From contig CM039001.1 in assembly GCA_017499595.2 (NCBI GenBank), forward strand, positions 1,488,001 to 1,552,000: DNA of 64,000 nucleotides. The letters are read 5' to 3'. This DNA is from Psilocybe cubensis (Eukaryota). Made by a program: the position numbers and the translations under genes. How positions within the stretch are numbered: the stretch's first letter is position 1; each line of letters opens with the position of its first letter. Shown here piece by piece: positions 40,411 through 54,400 of this stretch. Under the pieces are notes generated by a model. That model did no database searches. It was given only the letters and a program-made list of their open reading frames with translations, and was not told where the DNA came from.

Positions 40411-43400
40411 TTACGCATCCGTCATGGCTGTAAATCGCGCCCAGTCGCTCCGACGGCTTGCACTTGTATATGATTTTGCATTGAGCATCCTGGTCTCGGC
40501 CAAAGGTACAAGAGACGGCCTAGAAGAAGGATACGCCGCGAAATTGTCATACATAAATTTCAGAGTAATATATTTCATGAAAACGAACCGTCCATGAGCG
40601 CACTGGAACGGGAACGCGGTGTAAGATAACTGCTTTACCAGGTGTTCACACTGGGATATTGACAGAGTGTCACTGAACATAATAGCACCTATGACCATGA
40701 GAAGAAATTTTTGCGACCTCCTAAGAATGAAAAATCGAACCAACTTACCTCTGCAGGCTTTTGATTTTATAAGTTCAAGCAAACCCCTAGGGCATCGTCG
40801 CACAGCCTTCAACCAGAGAAATTCCTCCTGGTCTTCTGTGGAAGGAAAATCTAAGCTAGTATCTGAGATTAGTTCGCCCCTTTGGATTTGAGCTAGGAAT
40901 CCCTTGATGAAATCCCGCAGCTCATCTCCTTGAAGAAGCTAGTCCGTTTTACGAACCAAAGTCAATGACAAGCACAATAGGACAAACATAAAAAACAATG
41001 GACAGAACTTGCCTTATCGCTCACAACCTCAGGAATTGAACTGACCAGAAGCTGTGAGTACCCAATACAACCTCCGGATTCCGAAGTCTCATCGCCGTTT
41101 GGCACAACCTTCGACAGTTCCGCGAATTGAACACCCCAATTCCGTAGCGCATCTCGGGTATCCTGTGACCGTTTTATCATGAGAGCCTCGTGGTACGTCA
41201 AAAGGACTAGTTGAGGAGGGTTTAATTCCCTAGTTTGGACTCCTCTAACGGAGTTGCCTTCAGTAGGCTCTCCAGTGTTAAGATACCCTAGAAAAAGCTC
41301 CTTCAGGAAGCGCTCCACACGAATACGCTCATCCGCGGCGTGTTGGTCAATAAGAACTACCACAGAGCTGGGCTGCGACGCAGCTGAGTGGCGTAATATA
41401 CGGCAGGCTATGAATTTTCGATCGACTTGATTTATAATCTCGGCATGGCGAAGGTCATGTTTTGTGAATTGCTGCGTAGATGCAGAAGATGGGTTAAAAA
41501 ATTGTTCTGCTAGAGACTGACGAGGAAATGTGCTAAGGAATACGTCATTTTCATGTTCATTATGAGGGCGACTATACTTCAAATCTGATGTTGGCTGGTA
41601 CGGCACCAGAGGGTCAATTACTGAGGGTATTTTGCTTTCAGCAGCGGGGTAAGCTCGATTGTTCTACAAGTAGTCAGCAGGTAAACAAACACATGTCGAT
41701 CCTATTACAACATACTTCAAGCGCTTTTTGTAGCCAAGAAGGCACTGACTCCCGTCCAGGATCGTCTGTGGTTGCATTGGCCGCATTGCTGGGTTTGTAC
41801 CGCCTAATTGTACATCGGCGGCCTTCGTACGGTATGACGACAGCTGAGTCCGACGTGTTTTTTTCGGCTTGTGAATGGCCTCCTATCTGACGGTACGAAT
41901 TTCCGGTCCGCGAATCTATGGCGAACCGTTCTCCTGTGCAAGGATCTTCCCAAATAATCTCATGTGAGGTCGGATTCTGAACATCTTCAAGCAAGATTCA
42001 GTTACGGTTAGATAGTAAGAACTGTCAAAATCATACAGGCGTTGTTCAGTGGTTCCGTAAAAAGTGAATTATCATTGCATGAAGTTGTGGGACAGAGGTC
42101 GTGAAGAGATTCCGATTCTGCATATCCGGAATCGTCAAAGTCCTGCTTTGTCCTTTTCCGAGGTGAGGGCGACACGCTTCGTGTGTTCTCCAAAGTGTTA
42201 CAGTGTTGATTCAAAAAATTATGCTTCTCCAGGAAAGATTGTATTGTCGATGCCAACAGGGAAGCGACATCCGATTTATTCTAAGCGGCGGAGAAAGTCT
42301 ATCGGCTATCACTCGAAGCATCAGCGCAGTCTGCGACTTACACGAAATTGGACAATAGTTTTATCTGGACCAAAACCATTGTCGACGTCTGCAGGCGATA
42401 TGGAGATATTGATGACATAGACAGCCCTCTTTTCAATTTTACGAGGAGAACGTCTTGTTACTGACGAATGTTTTTATCAGTAAGAGTTGAAGTGAACTGA
42501 GGTTTGTTGGTACTTGAGCGAGTATTTGTTTCCCCTTCCTCGTCAAGGGCCTTGTTGGGTATAAGCTTCATTCCTTTTAATTCAGTGTAAGACTAACATT
42601 TTTTCCAAACGAACTGGAGGCGAATGCATGGTTTATGATTCGGATAAGATCGTCATTGATGATGGGGTGTCGGTTAATGTCTGTGTAGTGGTTTGATAAA
42701 TATAGGTGCTTCCCTGGGTGAAGCCCGCCAACGTACATAAAAACTGATATGCCTATATAGTCGCCCTTAGCAGATGTGGTGCTGCGTAGAAGAGATACAT
42801 GTACTTGCTTTCGAAGGTGCCCCAATTAAACTGATGAAGCCTTCCATTCTCATGGTTCCACGAGTGATGTCAATTGGTTCGATATGCTTTGAACATGAAA
42901 GGTTTGAGAATAATGTAAAATTGTTGTATGAAAGATTACCTCCGTCAAAGCACGTCCGTAGATATGCTGGAATCTTCCTAAAGTGCCGGTATTCTAATCC
43001 ACGCGATTTGAGAAGCCAAAACAAGGAGTTCATGGGAGAAGCTTACCTTGGGTATCCGGATTGTACGGTCCTTGCGCAGTGAAGCATCATCATCCAAACG
43101 ACCGTTATCTTCCAGAGTAAAAGAAATTTGTGGAAATACTAATGCATATGCCTCAATTTCCCGTCGAACAAGTTCCCATGTGCGATGAGGAGGGGTATGT
43201 GCTCGCCGGCGAACCGGAAGCTTTCTTACTTTGTTAGCCAGAGCAAGAGTAAGATCTTTGGATTAGATACATACATTGTAAAATATATCTCGAATGTAAA
43301 CCACGGTCCCCGGTTTTTCTCTTTTCCATCGCACTGCAGGTCCTTTGTACAAAACTTCACCTCCCTGGACACAATTTAAAACGATTTTCACATCTGGATT

Positions 43401-43928
43401 TGTGGCAAAAAGACCTTTAGGATGACAGACCACGTGTTTCTAGACTTTGATGTTCTGGAGAAAACCTCAAGGCACGCTATGTCTGCAGCTGAGGCTAATG
43501 CTATGTCCCAAATTCAATCTCTGAACATTCTCAACTTTGAAATACAAAATGGTATCACCTTCCCCTCGAAAGCCGAAAGTGGAATGGGAGTTCTCAAGTC
43601 CTGGCACATACTCTTTTGAACTGCCTGGAGCAGACGTTAAGAATCAGTGCTTGCGAACAGCCTAAAATCACTCACTGTATCGTCCAGCATTTCCACTTTG
43701 TCCCATTAACTCGAGATCATCTTTAGCTATACCATGTCCATCATCACGAACCCAACACGCCCAGTGCGCGCAATCAATACCGATGTCAATATGAGTGGCA
43801 TTTGCGTCTATTGAGTTCTGCAATAGCTCGGAGATTATTTGGGGAAGAGTGGTCAAGATTTGAGTCGAACGAAGTTTGGCTTGGGTCGGCAAAGGAAGAC
43901 GCTCAATGCCTGGAAGAGTCTCAGACAT
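40411..43928 (-). CDS. MLH3: MutL homologue MLH3
   Basis: GHKL ATPase 'ELLQNSIDA', 'DDGHGI', 'TFGFRGEALAS'; endonuclease motif 'DQHAADERIRVE'; 'SKACRGAIMF'; 'FPFQCAHGRPS'. Confidence 0.93.
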
Positions 43929-44346
43929 TGATGGCCATCTCAAATGAAAGACGACTTTTAGGAGTCTGTGGTGTATTCAAAGGTTGCGATGAAATCCAAA
44001 CCAAATTGTGGACTGTTCAAGGTTTGTTTCTAAGTTAAGTTAGGCGTTAATGTTCAACATAGAACAAACATCGAACATGCTTTCCCCGCGCCTTTCTCAT
44101 CCCAAAAATAAACGCACGTGTTACGGCCCCAGTTATACAGTCATGGTGCAATGCACTTCACCCCTGACTATCGCAATTTGAAGAGATGGACCTCTTGCTG
44201 CCAGAATGTTTGAACGTTCGGTCTAATTACTACTATGATATGAACTATCGTGGAAAATGAGCGACTTGGTTTCTTCCAGAGCACCACAGATCCAACTGAT
44301 GTTATTGGTGCAAATGTATGCAGGTATTATCTCGTGGTGTACTTAA

Positions 44347-46757
44347 TTACATTCTGAACACACCGAATCCCTTGCCATCACCATCCCAAGTGGTAGATTT
44401 ATGATGTGATCTACTTTCCGTTTTCCTTTCCCGGGAAACAATGGCAAGGCCAAGTCCAACAACATCTCTGGTGTCTGTGGGTTTGATTATACCATCATCC
44501 CAAAGTCTGGCGGTCGAATAGAGGGCCGTCGATTGCTCCTCAATCTCATCTTGCAGACTGCTATGCTGCGAAGGATCCCTGTAATGTGCGAGAGAACCAA
44601 AAGGTGGTTGGTGGGTATATCACAATGAATTTGATATTGAAAGTAACGTACGCTGAAACTGTTTTCATGACCGACGATAATTGAGCTGAACCCATGACCG
44701 ATACTTTGGCATTCTGAAGGGTTCTAATCAGAAATGGAGAGTAATATCAACGGTGGCGTTTCAAACTCACAGGCCACATCCACAAAAATCGTGGCGAATA
44801 CTAAAATAGACCATAAGCTTCCAAGCGTCAAAATAGCGAGTCACAGAAGGAAGTGATACTCACAGCACGTCCAGCCATACCTATCAATAGCGTTTGATAT
44901 CTTAAGTCAAGCTGCTTGCCAAAATTTGAGAGGGGCTTCAGAACACACCGTAATTTCCGGCGCCAAAGCTTCCTCCGACTATAACAGTAAGTTTTGGCAC
45001 ATCGGCACACGCGACGGCGCGAACCATTTTCGCTCCTGAAATCACCTGAGAACAGTATGTCGCTCACAGTGGATTAAAACTGACCATCCTTCGCGATGCC
45101 TCCTTTTTCTGCTTTGGATCCAACCATGTAACCTGTTCACGTTCAGTGTCTCAATAATTCGACCATGCATTCCGAAGGTCAAAATGGCATACCAGTGACA
45201 TTGACCAAGAAGAGCAGAGGTATCTGACGCTGTGAACAAAGCTGGATGAAGTGTGTCGCTTTCAAGGCGGACGGAGAAAACAGAATTCCGTTGTTTGCTA
45301 CAATTCCTACTTCGTAGCCATGTATGTTAGCAAAGCCCTGTTGGTCCTATTTCAGCAAGGACTCGGTAAATAAGATCGAAACGAACCGTGATCATAGTGG
45401 TCCCATACTCCTTTTTAAATTCTCTGAATCGGCTTCCATCAACAATGCGAGCGATGACATCCCTCATGTCGAAAGGTTGACGAACATCGGTGCCAACAAT
45501 ACCATGTAGATCTGATGAAGGATAAAGTGGGTCTTCAGGTGTAGCAGCGGGCTAAGCTTGACTGTCAGTAACAGTCTGTACGATTGAAAATAAGTAGCCA
45601 AGGCCCATGTCTTACGGGTGATATTGTTCTACCAGCATTTCCAAGATCGCCAACGACACCTCTGGCAATAGCAAGGGCATGCTCATCGTCGCGAGCTAGG
45701 TGATCAGTCACACCACTTTCAGTTGAATGCATTAATCCTCCTCCAAGGGTTTCGGCATCGACATTTTCTCCCGTAGCTGCTTTGACGAGCGGAGGTCCAG
45801 CCAGAAAGATGTGTCCTTGATTGTGCACAATGATGTTCTCATCCGCCATTGCAGGGACATAAGCTCCACCTGAAAAAGCAGGAATGAGTTCCAAATTGAG
45901 AACTTGAAAGCAAGGTAAACGCACCAGCAACAGACATTCCATGTACTACTGCAATTTGTGGAATCCCCAGAGCAGACATTTGGGCCTGTTAAACATAAGG
46001 TGTTTTAATGATTTAGTGCTAGTTGCAATTGCCACGTTCGAACCATGTTGTAAAATATCCTTCCAAAGTGTTCCTTATCAGGGAAAACATTAGCCTGGTA
46101 TGGGAGGGCAGCGCCTCCACTTTCCACTGGATTGTAGACCAAGTTCAGTGAATGGTCGGTGACGCGTGTGCGATACCACACAACTGACCGACATAGACAC
46201 AAGGAAGCCCATTCTCCCGGGCGATTTCTTGAGCGCGTAAATGCTTCTTCACCGTCAGTGGGTAATATGATCCACCCTTGACTGTCGCGTCGTTAACAAC
46301 AATAACGCATTCCCTCCCTGATATACGACCAATGCCAGTTATTATTCCTGCTCCAGGTATTGATTGGCCAGGGTATACATCATGGGCAGCCAAAGGTGAA
46401 AGTTCAAGAAATGGGGAACCCGGATCTAATATAGTATTCAATCTAGAGTATCAAGCATTGTGAGCGCCGCAACCGCATTCTAAGGGGCCAACCGCAAAGA
46501 TACAGGCACTCTACTGACCGTTCGCGAGGCAGGAGCTTGCCTTTGCTTTTCATCCTCTCAGCAGCCTTGGGACCACCTCCCAGACGAGCTGCCTGCGTCT
46601 TTTCTTCCAAGTCTCTGACCAGCTCATCCATAGCTGCAGATTTAGCCTGGAATTCCGGTGTTGATTTCGATATCAGTGACGGGAGGACTGATGCATGGTA
46701 TGACCTTCGTGTACGGGTTACACTTCCCCACACCGACTTTCTGAGCAGGCTTCGCAT
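44347..46757 (-). CDS. MCCC2: 3-methylcrotonyl-CoA carboxylase beta (carboxyltransferase) subunit
   Basis: 'GKLLPRER', '[25 protein letters not shown]', '[14 protein letters not shown]', 'AGGAYVPAM', '[10 protein letters not shown]', C-terminal 'FGVFRM*'. Confidence 0.95.
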
Positions 46758-47089
46758 GACAAGTAAGTAGATTTCGAGGTTATTTCTTAAAAGCAATGAG
46801 ATATGGGTATCTAAGCGTGGTAAACTGGAGTAGTAGTGGAACAAATGAACGGGAGACCCAGAGCGATATCGTTGTTGTGGGGTCAACCTGCGGGGTTGAA
46901 CACCAAGTTCCGCTTCGATCACGATCGGCCGGACCATCTCATCCGGTCATTTAGATATCCGACGCGACACAACGCGACCGAATCTGCTGGTCAATTACTT
47001 TAATAAAGCAAGCGTGCAAGGTCAAATCCAAATAAATAAGCCGTATATAAAATATGCTAGAGAGTCCCATTGGAAAGAATATTGAGATT

Positions 47090-48593
47090 CTAAAAATCCT
47101 TCCATTCATCATCCCAATCACTAGATTTCTTGGGGTCAGAGGCAGCCTTTGTCTGCGTCTGAACAGGGGGCGTATGCAAGGCTGAAGTTTGCGGTGAGTA
47201 TGCACCTGTACCGCGATATTCGGTAAACAAGTCGTCATCGTCAGCATCATATAAACCAGATGATTCGCCCATGTCATTCGGACTGGTCAAAGAAAGTGAA
47301 CCATAACCAGATCGAGAAGGGCCTGCGACGCGATCTTTTACCGTACCAACAACGCCACCAACAGTGTCCACTACATCCACTCCAAACTGGTTCTTTGACC
47401 ACTCATTAGCCGCACCACCAACCATCGCGGCTTTCTTTTGAGCCTCGGTCATATAGCCCATGACGCTTGCCTGAAAGTTGGGATCGGTAACTTTTTCTAC
47501 ACCCGGTTGGATGACATTCTCTGCGACAACCCTGGAGGCACCGGCAACTGCTGCAGCAAAAAGGGACCATCCCTTGCTGATAGCCGCCACCGGATTTTCT
47601 TGTAATTCGCTGAGACTTGGAGCGTTGGCTGATGAAAGACCGTATGCAGGATTCTGATTGCTCGGGGGCGTCGGTGTGCTTCCAAAGCCAGTATAGCGAC
47701 CACCTTGAGATGGAGGCAGATCATCGGGCCGACTTTCGTTTGCTTTCCCCAGACTGGCGAAATAGTTCTCGTTCATAGTTTTTTGATCGAGACCTTGGCT
47801 CGGAGTACTGTTTGGAGAACTTCGGAATGACGGAGCTGGGGAACCAGAGTCGCTCCGATTTGTCAATGTACGAGTTGACGCCCGCGATTTACGGAGGGCT
47901 TGAGCGGAAGGCGCTGGCGAAGCGGATCGGGAGCCTGCGCTAAAGTTGGCGGGCGGAGCGGAAGGTGACCAATCGCGACCCGCTAGCATAGCGTCCAACT
48001 GAATAGAAAGGTTAAAACACGTTGATAGCAAGACAAAAGGGGCAAGTAGCTTGAACATACCTTTTCTCGATACTGAGCTGCAGCCCAACAATGATACGTG
48101 TCATATGGACTGGCACCTGGCTTGTACCCTCCTTGGTCAGCGGGTTGGTAGGATTTCATGAAGTCTTTGAAGGAAAGATTCCCCCCCAGCTAAAATTAAC
48201 GGCTTGAATCTGACAAACACACGGGAAGACTGTACGAGTGAGCATACCTGCATACGCCTGACCTGTTCGTCTTGCCATGTATCCATCGAGATCGATCTGA
48301 CGAAACTAGATAGAAGACGACATGAACAACAAGGCGATGGGTGGGTGATATTAAGCTAGCCTAATGTGGACCCCGAACCCACGATGTACGCCCGCGCACT
48401 GGAGACAAATGAAGATGGCGAAACTAGACGATAGATGAGCGATGAGAGAGGGTTTGAGTTTGTGTGTCGATACCTACCTGAGAGAAGCCCATTGAGGATT
48501 AGGATTTGAACAGTCTGCGCAAGATTTGTTGTGGAGGTCCTCTCGCTTGGAGAGCTCGCTGAGTATTTTCTTAGCAGCCACCTGGTCGGCCAT
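47090..48593 (-). CDS. GCS1: ArfGAP, Gcs1/ArfGAP1 type
   Basis: 'CADCSNPNPQWAS', '[26 protein letters not shown]', 'YFASLGKANESRPDDLPPSQGGRYTGFGSTP', 'ISKGWSLF'. Confidence 0.92.
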
Positions 48594-49379
48594 GGGTGTA
48601 CACTGTAACCTGTAAGCTGAAAGCAGCAGCGGGCCCGGCAGCGACGGCACGAAATGAATCCGCTGCGATCACGTGGTCAAAAGCGGTGCACCCAAAGTAC
48701 TGGGTTTGGTCTCTGCTGCTCTTGGTGGGCAGCCTGTGCCCAGTTCTGCTCGGCGAGAACAGGGGTGGAGGACGGTGTATAAAGACACGCAGGGCGACGC
48801 GCAGACACGGCGGGGTCGCACGGTGAGTGGGAGTCCCAGAAGAGCGGGCGCGCCCAAGGCCTCGGTACTGGGCGGGGGATTCCCATGAACGCAGCACATG
48901 ACATGTACGCCGGAGCGGCTTAATTAGGGCTGGGGCGCGTGTGTGGCTGTGCGGAACGACTTGGGACGAGTTTTTGTGTTTCTTGCATTCGTTTTATTCA
49001 TTGTGCTGAACAGTGCTGGCAGTGAGCTCAAGGTTATTCAGGAAGCGATTTGAATTCACATCGACGACAACTCCTACAATTTCTGGTTTATGACACTAAT
49101 CGTTTGATCTTGGCCTATTCCACTCTCTCGGGTCGCCTGCTTCCCCAAGTCTCTCCGCTCTCATCTACCACATTGTCTGGTCTACGTTCATCTTCTCTTT
49201 GGCCTCTTCTTGCGTGAGAATACGCTCGTCTTATATTTCTCCTCCGTGTCCGCTTTCCGGCTCTCAGCAGCTCATCCATAGCCACCATTCGTCTGTAGTG
49301 TTCTAGGCATCCGCTACTTGGGGTGCTTTCCTTTTCAAAACCATCACCAAGCCCCTTCTTTTGCTCTTCAACCTCCACC

Positions 49380-51349
49380 ATGATACAGAGAACCGATCTC
49401 CGTCAACCCCAGTCCAGCGCTGCCGCCGCTTCTTCGTCTGCGAGGCAGGATGGCCCCGAAATCTGGGGCCAGTGGTCAGGCAGGAGGTCAGTGGCTCGCT
49501 GTAGCGTCGTTGTCAGACACAGCAGTTTCTAATGCCTCCCCCTTTCTCCATGTGTTCAGACATTACTCCCTTGAGGTTGTCCAGCATCCCCTGCGCGCCC
49601 GAATGTGCGGGTTCGGTGACAAAGTATGGGTCAGACTTGCTCCCACTTTTGGAGTTGCTAACAATCGTCTTCATTAGGATCGGAGGCCTTTAGCCCCTGC
49701 AGCAGTCGCCAAGATGATAGTTCGGAGAGAGGACGACTCAATCGTCGACGTCGAGTGAGTGATCTCAAGCTCTGGCAGCTGTTCTAAACTGAATATCTTT
49801 TTTTTTTCGTCTGAATTGCAGTGAAGTTGACAGTTCGTTCTTCTTGGTAACCGTTGACTTATGGTCAGCGGATGGAAAACACGAAATGAATCTCGTTCTT
49901 CATCCATCTGCTACAGACCGTTATGTACCCTCTCACTTGTCGTCCAAGAGTAAACGACGAGGTACGAATGATTCTGCTCCTGCATCCCGACTATCTGGAA
50001 ATCAAACTCCAGGAGGGCGCACAACCCCCACCCCTTCTCAGTATCGCCCTGGGGACCAGGTTAGACTGAAACATGACTGTCATCCTCCAACAAATTCTGA
50101 TTACCATTATAGACGGGCAGTTCCACACCATCGTTAGGCGCCCACACTTCATATGTAGGCCAACCATATTATGGGCCTCAGCCACCAAGTGATGGTGTCA
50201 ACTACTCTCAGGGAGCGCAGTATGCCCAACAGCAACAGCCAGATACCTCCAGCTGGAGCTATACCTCCCAGGTGGATCGCAGCGCAAGCTTCCCTCCTCC
50301 AGTACTTCCTTCGATTCATTCCTTCGGTCGGTCCAACAGCACCGCGTCGACAGACACATGGCACTCCGAGTCTGAACCCACGATTCTCCCATACCGACCA
50401 TGGAATCCAGACGCAAGCTACACTGCCCCAGAACACCACGTCGACCCAGCTCTTCGAACGCCATCGTCAACCACAGAAACGCGCGATCAAACGGGGTGGT
50501 CCCAGTCAAATACATATAATTCCTCTTCTTCGAATCCCGAGACGGAACAAAGCGTATATGGTCACGCCCCTTACCACCAAGGCCAGCATACTCCCTATGC
50601 CCAATATCCTCAACCAGCACCGGGTTCTCCAGTTCCTTCACATGCCGCAGCCGTCAACTCATCAACCCCTCGACAACCCTACTATACCCGTACCTTAGTT
50701 GGACCTCTGTCGGCAAATGCATGTCGTTTGCTTGATGAACACCGGAAGCCTGGGATTTTCTTCCTCTTCCAAGATCTTTCAGTCCGTACGGAAGGTCAGT
50801 TACCGACCCATTCTCACCTTGAAAAAATTTGTTTCTTACGCCCTCTTTACTCGCTTAAGGCTCATTTCGTCTGAGAATGCGTCTCATGAACGTTGGAGCG
50901 TGAGTTCATATAAACCTTACTGACGCCGTTACAAAAATAATTGATATCATTCTCTAAAATAGTCCCCCCGCGCCGGAGATAGGGGCTCAACGTGTTCACA
51001 ACGACGTTTCTCCTGTGCTTGCACAAACATTTACTGAGCAATTCACCGTCTTTTCAGCGAAGAGATTTCCTGGTGTGCCAGGTATGTGATTCACATGTAT
51101 TAATGTAATATAGTTCACTCTTATATACCTCACTTCCCCTCCCCAGATACTACTGCACTCTCCATCGCGTTCGGCAACCAAGGCCAGAAACTACCTTTGG
51201 TACGTCGTATATGCTACTTTTTTTTGCCTGGACGTACTCTCTCTCTCTGACATGCGTCCTGATGATTCCTTCAGCGAAATCGGCACGGGTCCAACAAACG
51301 TCGGCGACGAGGTGATTCGGAATCAGATGATGATTCTGATGGGGCGTAG
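49380..51349 (+). CDS. Velvet-domain transcription factor, VelB-like (split velvet domain)
   Basis: N-half 'YSLEVVQHPLRARMCGFGDKDRRPL', 'VDLWSADG'. C-half 'TRTLVG..SANACRLLDE..KPGIFFLFQDLSVRTEG', 'VFSAKRFPGV', 'FGNQGQKLPLR'. Confidence 0.92.
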
Positions 51350-51479
51350 AAGTAAATTTTGTCACTGCTATATCGAGAACTCATGATTTGCATTTCGATT
51401 CCTTAATACGCTTCCCTATTTTCGCCCGTTCCTGTTCCAACGTTATCGCTGTGTTTTCGTAGAATTCTATTATTATTAT

Positions 51480-54400
51480 TTAGCGCCTCAAATAAATTGC
51501 GTCGAAGCTCTCCTTGCTGATTCGTTGTGTTTCCCTGGCTTGGAAGTTGCGCACTCTCAAACTTGTTTCGGGGTATTTTGTGTAGATGGCATGTAGCGTC
51601 TCTTCGGTGGCAGTGAAGTCTTGCTCGGTCATCTCGGACCCGGACACGTTATTTTGGAAAACTTCGCCGGTCCTGATAGGTCTGATTGGGTAGCCTCGTT
51701 GCAACTGGAGAACAACAATAAGCAACGTCCGCAAGACGACTGTATGCGGTCGCCATGTGTTAAATTGCGGAGAGATGATTTGGAGGATTTGGAGAGGGTA
51801 CACGAAATCTGCATCGATAGCTTCATCGTCTTCTACCAGACCAACCTGACGGAAGCGCTGGAGCTTGTCCTCGGAGACGACCTGAGTTCGCTTTTTACGA
51901 TCGCGCAGAGGCGGTTCAGCCGGAGTGGGATCGATACTCTCCGCGATCTGCAATTTGGCGCTCAAGTCTGGAAGTTCCTGTGACTGCAGTAGCTCCGCAG
52001 CCTCGATCACTTCTCTTCCACGTGGCAGGAGAATGGTTTCAACGACTTCGAAGGCGCGTTCAACCTGGCCCGCGCGGATCAGGGCCACAGTCAAATGGTT
52101 CCAGTTATGAGAGTCAAACTCGAATCCACTCCGTTGAAGATCTGACCAAGCTTTAGCGACTTCTGCGTGCAAGCCAGACTTGGACATGATATCGATAAAC
52201 ATGGATAGCGAAAAGTGAATCTTTCCGAACGGTGTTTCCATTTTACTGCCAGATTCAACACCATCGTCAATAGTCTCGCTTTCAGCTAGCTCCCGGATGA
52301 CCTGCCATACCGCCATAACATTTTGGACGTCGTTTGCTTGCCAATAGCATCGAAGAAGATGCTCAAGAAGCACATAACTAGGCTCGCCTCCTGCATCAAG
52401 GTATGCCGTATAGAGTCGCTCCACTTCAGCAACATTCCCCTTGTTGCAGTATTGGACGATAAGAGGCATGTAGAAATGCACCAAAGACGGCCTCTTTTGG
52501 TAGTTGGTATCCACATGTTCTTCCTGCTGCACCTTCTTGACGAATTCCTCTGCTATCTGCATTTTACTTTCCCAGTGCTTTCCGCCGTATGAAGCGATGA
52601 TAGCCCGATATGTAACTGGAGTGGGAGGGTGGCCCCGTTCAGTCATCTCGTTCAAAATATCTCTCGCTTTATCCATGATACGTCGTTGGAGATATGCCGA
52701 TAATAAGATAGTAAGGACGTGTTCAGAGATAAGGCTGGTCTGGCTTTCTTCCTCGATGTTTTTCATCTCTTCGTAGATCCCATGGGCAATATCGAGTTCT
52801 CCGGCATCAGTTGCACTTAGAACCAATGTTGCAAAGGTGTACGTATTCGGTTTGGCACCAACTTTCTGCAATTTGAAGAATAGCTTGGAGATGAGGCGAA
52901 AAGGAGCTCCATACAGGACATAACCTTTCAGAATGGTGTTGAAAGTGTCGATAGGTGGAAGCAAGTCGGCGTCCAAGGCAGTTAAATGATGAAAAATGGC
53001 AACGGCTTCCTTCAATGTGCCGGTCTCGACGTAGGCGTTCATAAGGGCATTGGTCATTGTGTCATCGGGAACGATGCCATCGTCAATTGCTTGCATGTAG
53101 ATTTGGGCGGCAGTCACGCTATCCTTTGCATTGGCAAGAAGAGCGATGACGACAGTATAGACAACAGTGTCCAGGCTTAGACCAATCCTGCGCATGTACT
53201 GGTACGTATTGAGAGCGCCTGCGATATCGCCTTTCTTCCTATAGATGGAGAGAATGTTCGTCATCAACTGAATGTTGGGCTCGACCTCAGAAACACGCAT
53301 ATCCTCCAACAACGCGCCCAAACCATCCGCGTCTCCCTTCCTGGCGTAAGCCTGCACAACAGTACTATAATGAAAGACGTTGGGCTTCCTCGTGCGCACA
53401 CCATCCGGACCTAGAGGAAAAAATCGGTCAAAGACGGCTTCCAATTCCCTGACCATGCCGCGTTCTGCGTATGGATACAGCACATGGGATATTTGTGCGT
53501 CAGATATCTTCCCGGGGTCTCGTTTAGCAAGCATGTCTTCAGCAGACGCAAAATCTGACCCACGCGCTCGAAGTAGCAGTTTAATACTGTTGTCCTCGGG
53601 CACAACTCCTGACGGAATCATATCATATAACCGTTGCGCATGTTTGATATTGCCGCTAGTCGCGAGGCCTGAAACTGTGCGAAGCATAATGGGTGATGTA
53701 TAGATCTGCGGGTGCATTTGGTATTCGAGGAAATGTATTGATTTCTTGAACTCGTTGTGCACATTGCACGCTTTTACCACTTCAATGACCATCGTATTAT
53801 ACGCTTCTTTTGGCCATTTCGAGGCCAACGCAGGTACATCCAGTAGACTGAGAGACCGTATTATCATGGTTTGAAATAGAGTATTATCGGACACGCCAGA
53901 AAAATAAGAAGGTCGCAAAACGAAAGCATAGTGTAGGGCATGATACAGATCTTTATGTCTGCTGAAAGACAAGATGTACGACAGGGAAGCGCGTTGAAAA
54001 TCGGTCAGATGGTTGGTGAACCTTGGGGGCGTTGGCACCGGAGATCGACGAATATACTGCTCTGCTTTATAGAGGTCTCCAACATATGACCACGCACGAC
54101 TGGATAACGAGTTTCTAAAGTCGTCATTTGGTGTCGGTGTCGACCCTGAGGGCAGATATTCTAGCAATTCCTGAAGTCTCAAGCCCCATCTTTCAATGAC
54201 ATCCGCATGCACCTGATCTGCACAAAGATGATCAATAAAGTTGGCAAAATCACTCGCAAGGTCCAACAATTCGGGATGCGGCAGCGAGGAAAAGGCGCCT
54301 TCGTTCCTTGCCTGCTCGTAGATCGTTTGAAGAGACTGTAGCTCCTTATTTGTCTTTGCACGAGTCTTTAGATGTTCCCTGAATCGTGACAAAGCTGACT

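Noticed and set aside
48594..48960. GC-rich island with several overlapping short ORFs and small hairpins
   Set aside because: Best explained as the ArfGAP 5' leader and the shared ArfGAP/velvet promoter; the ORFs reflect the low stop-codon frequency of GC-rich DNA.
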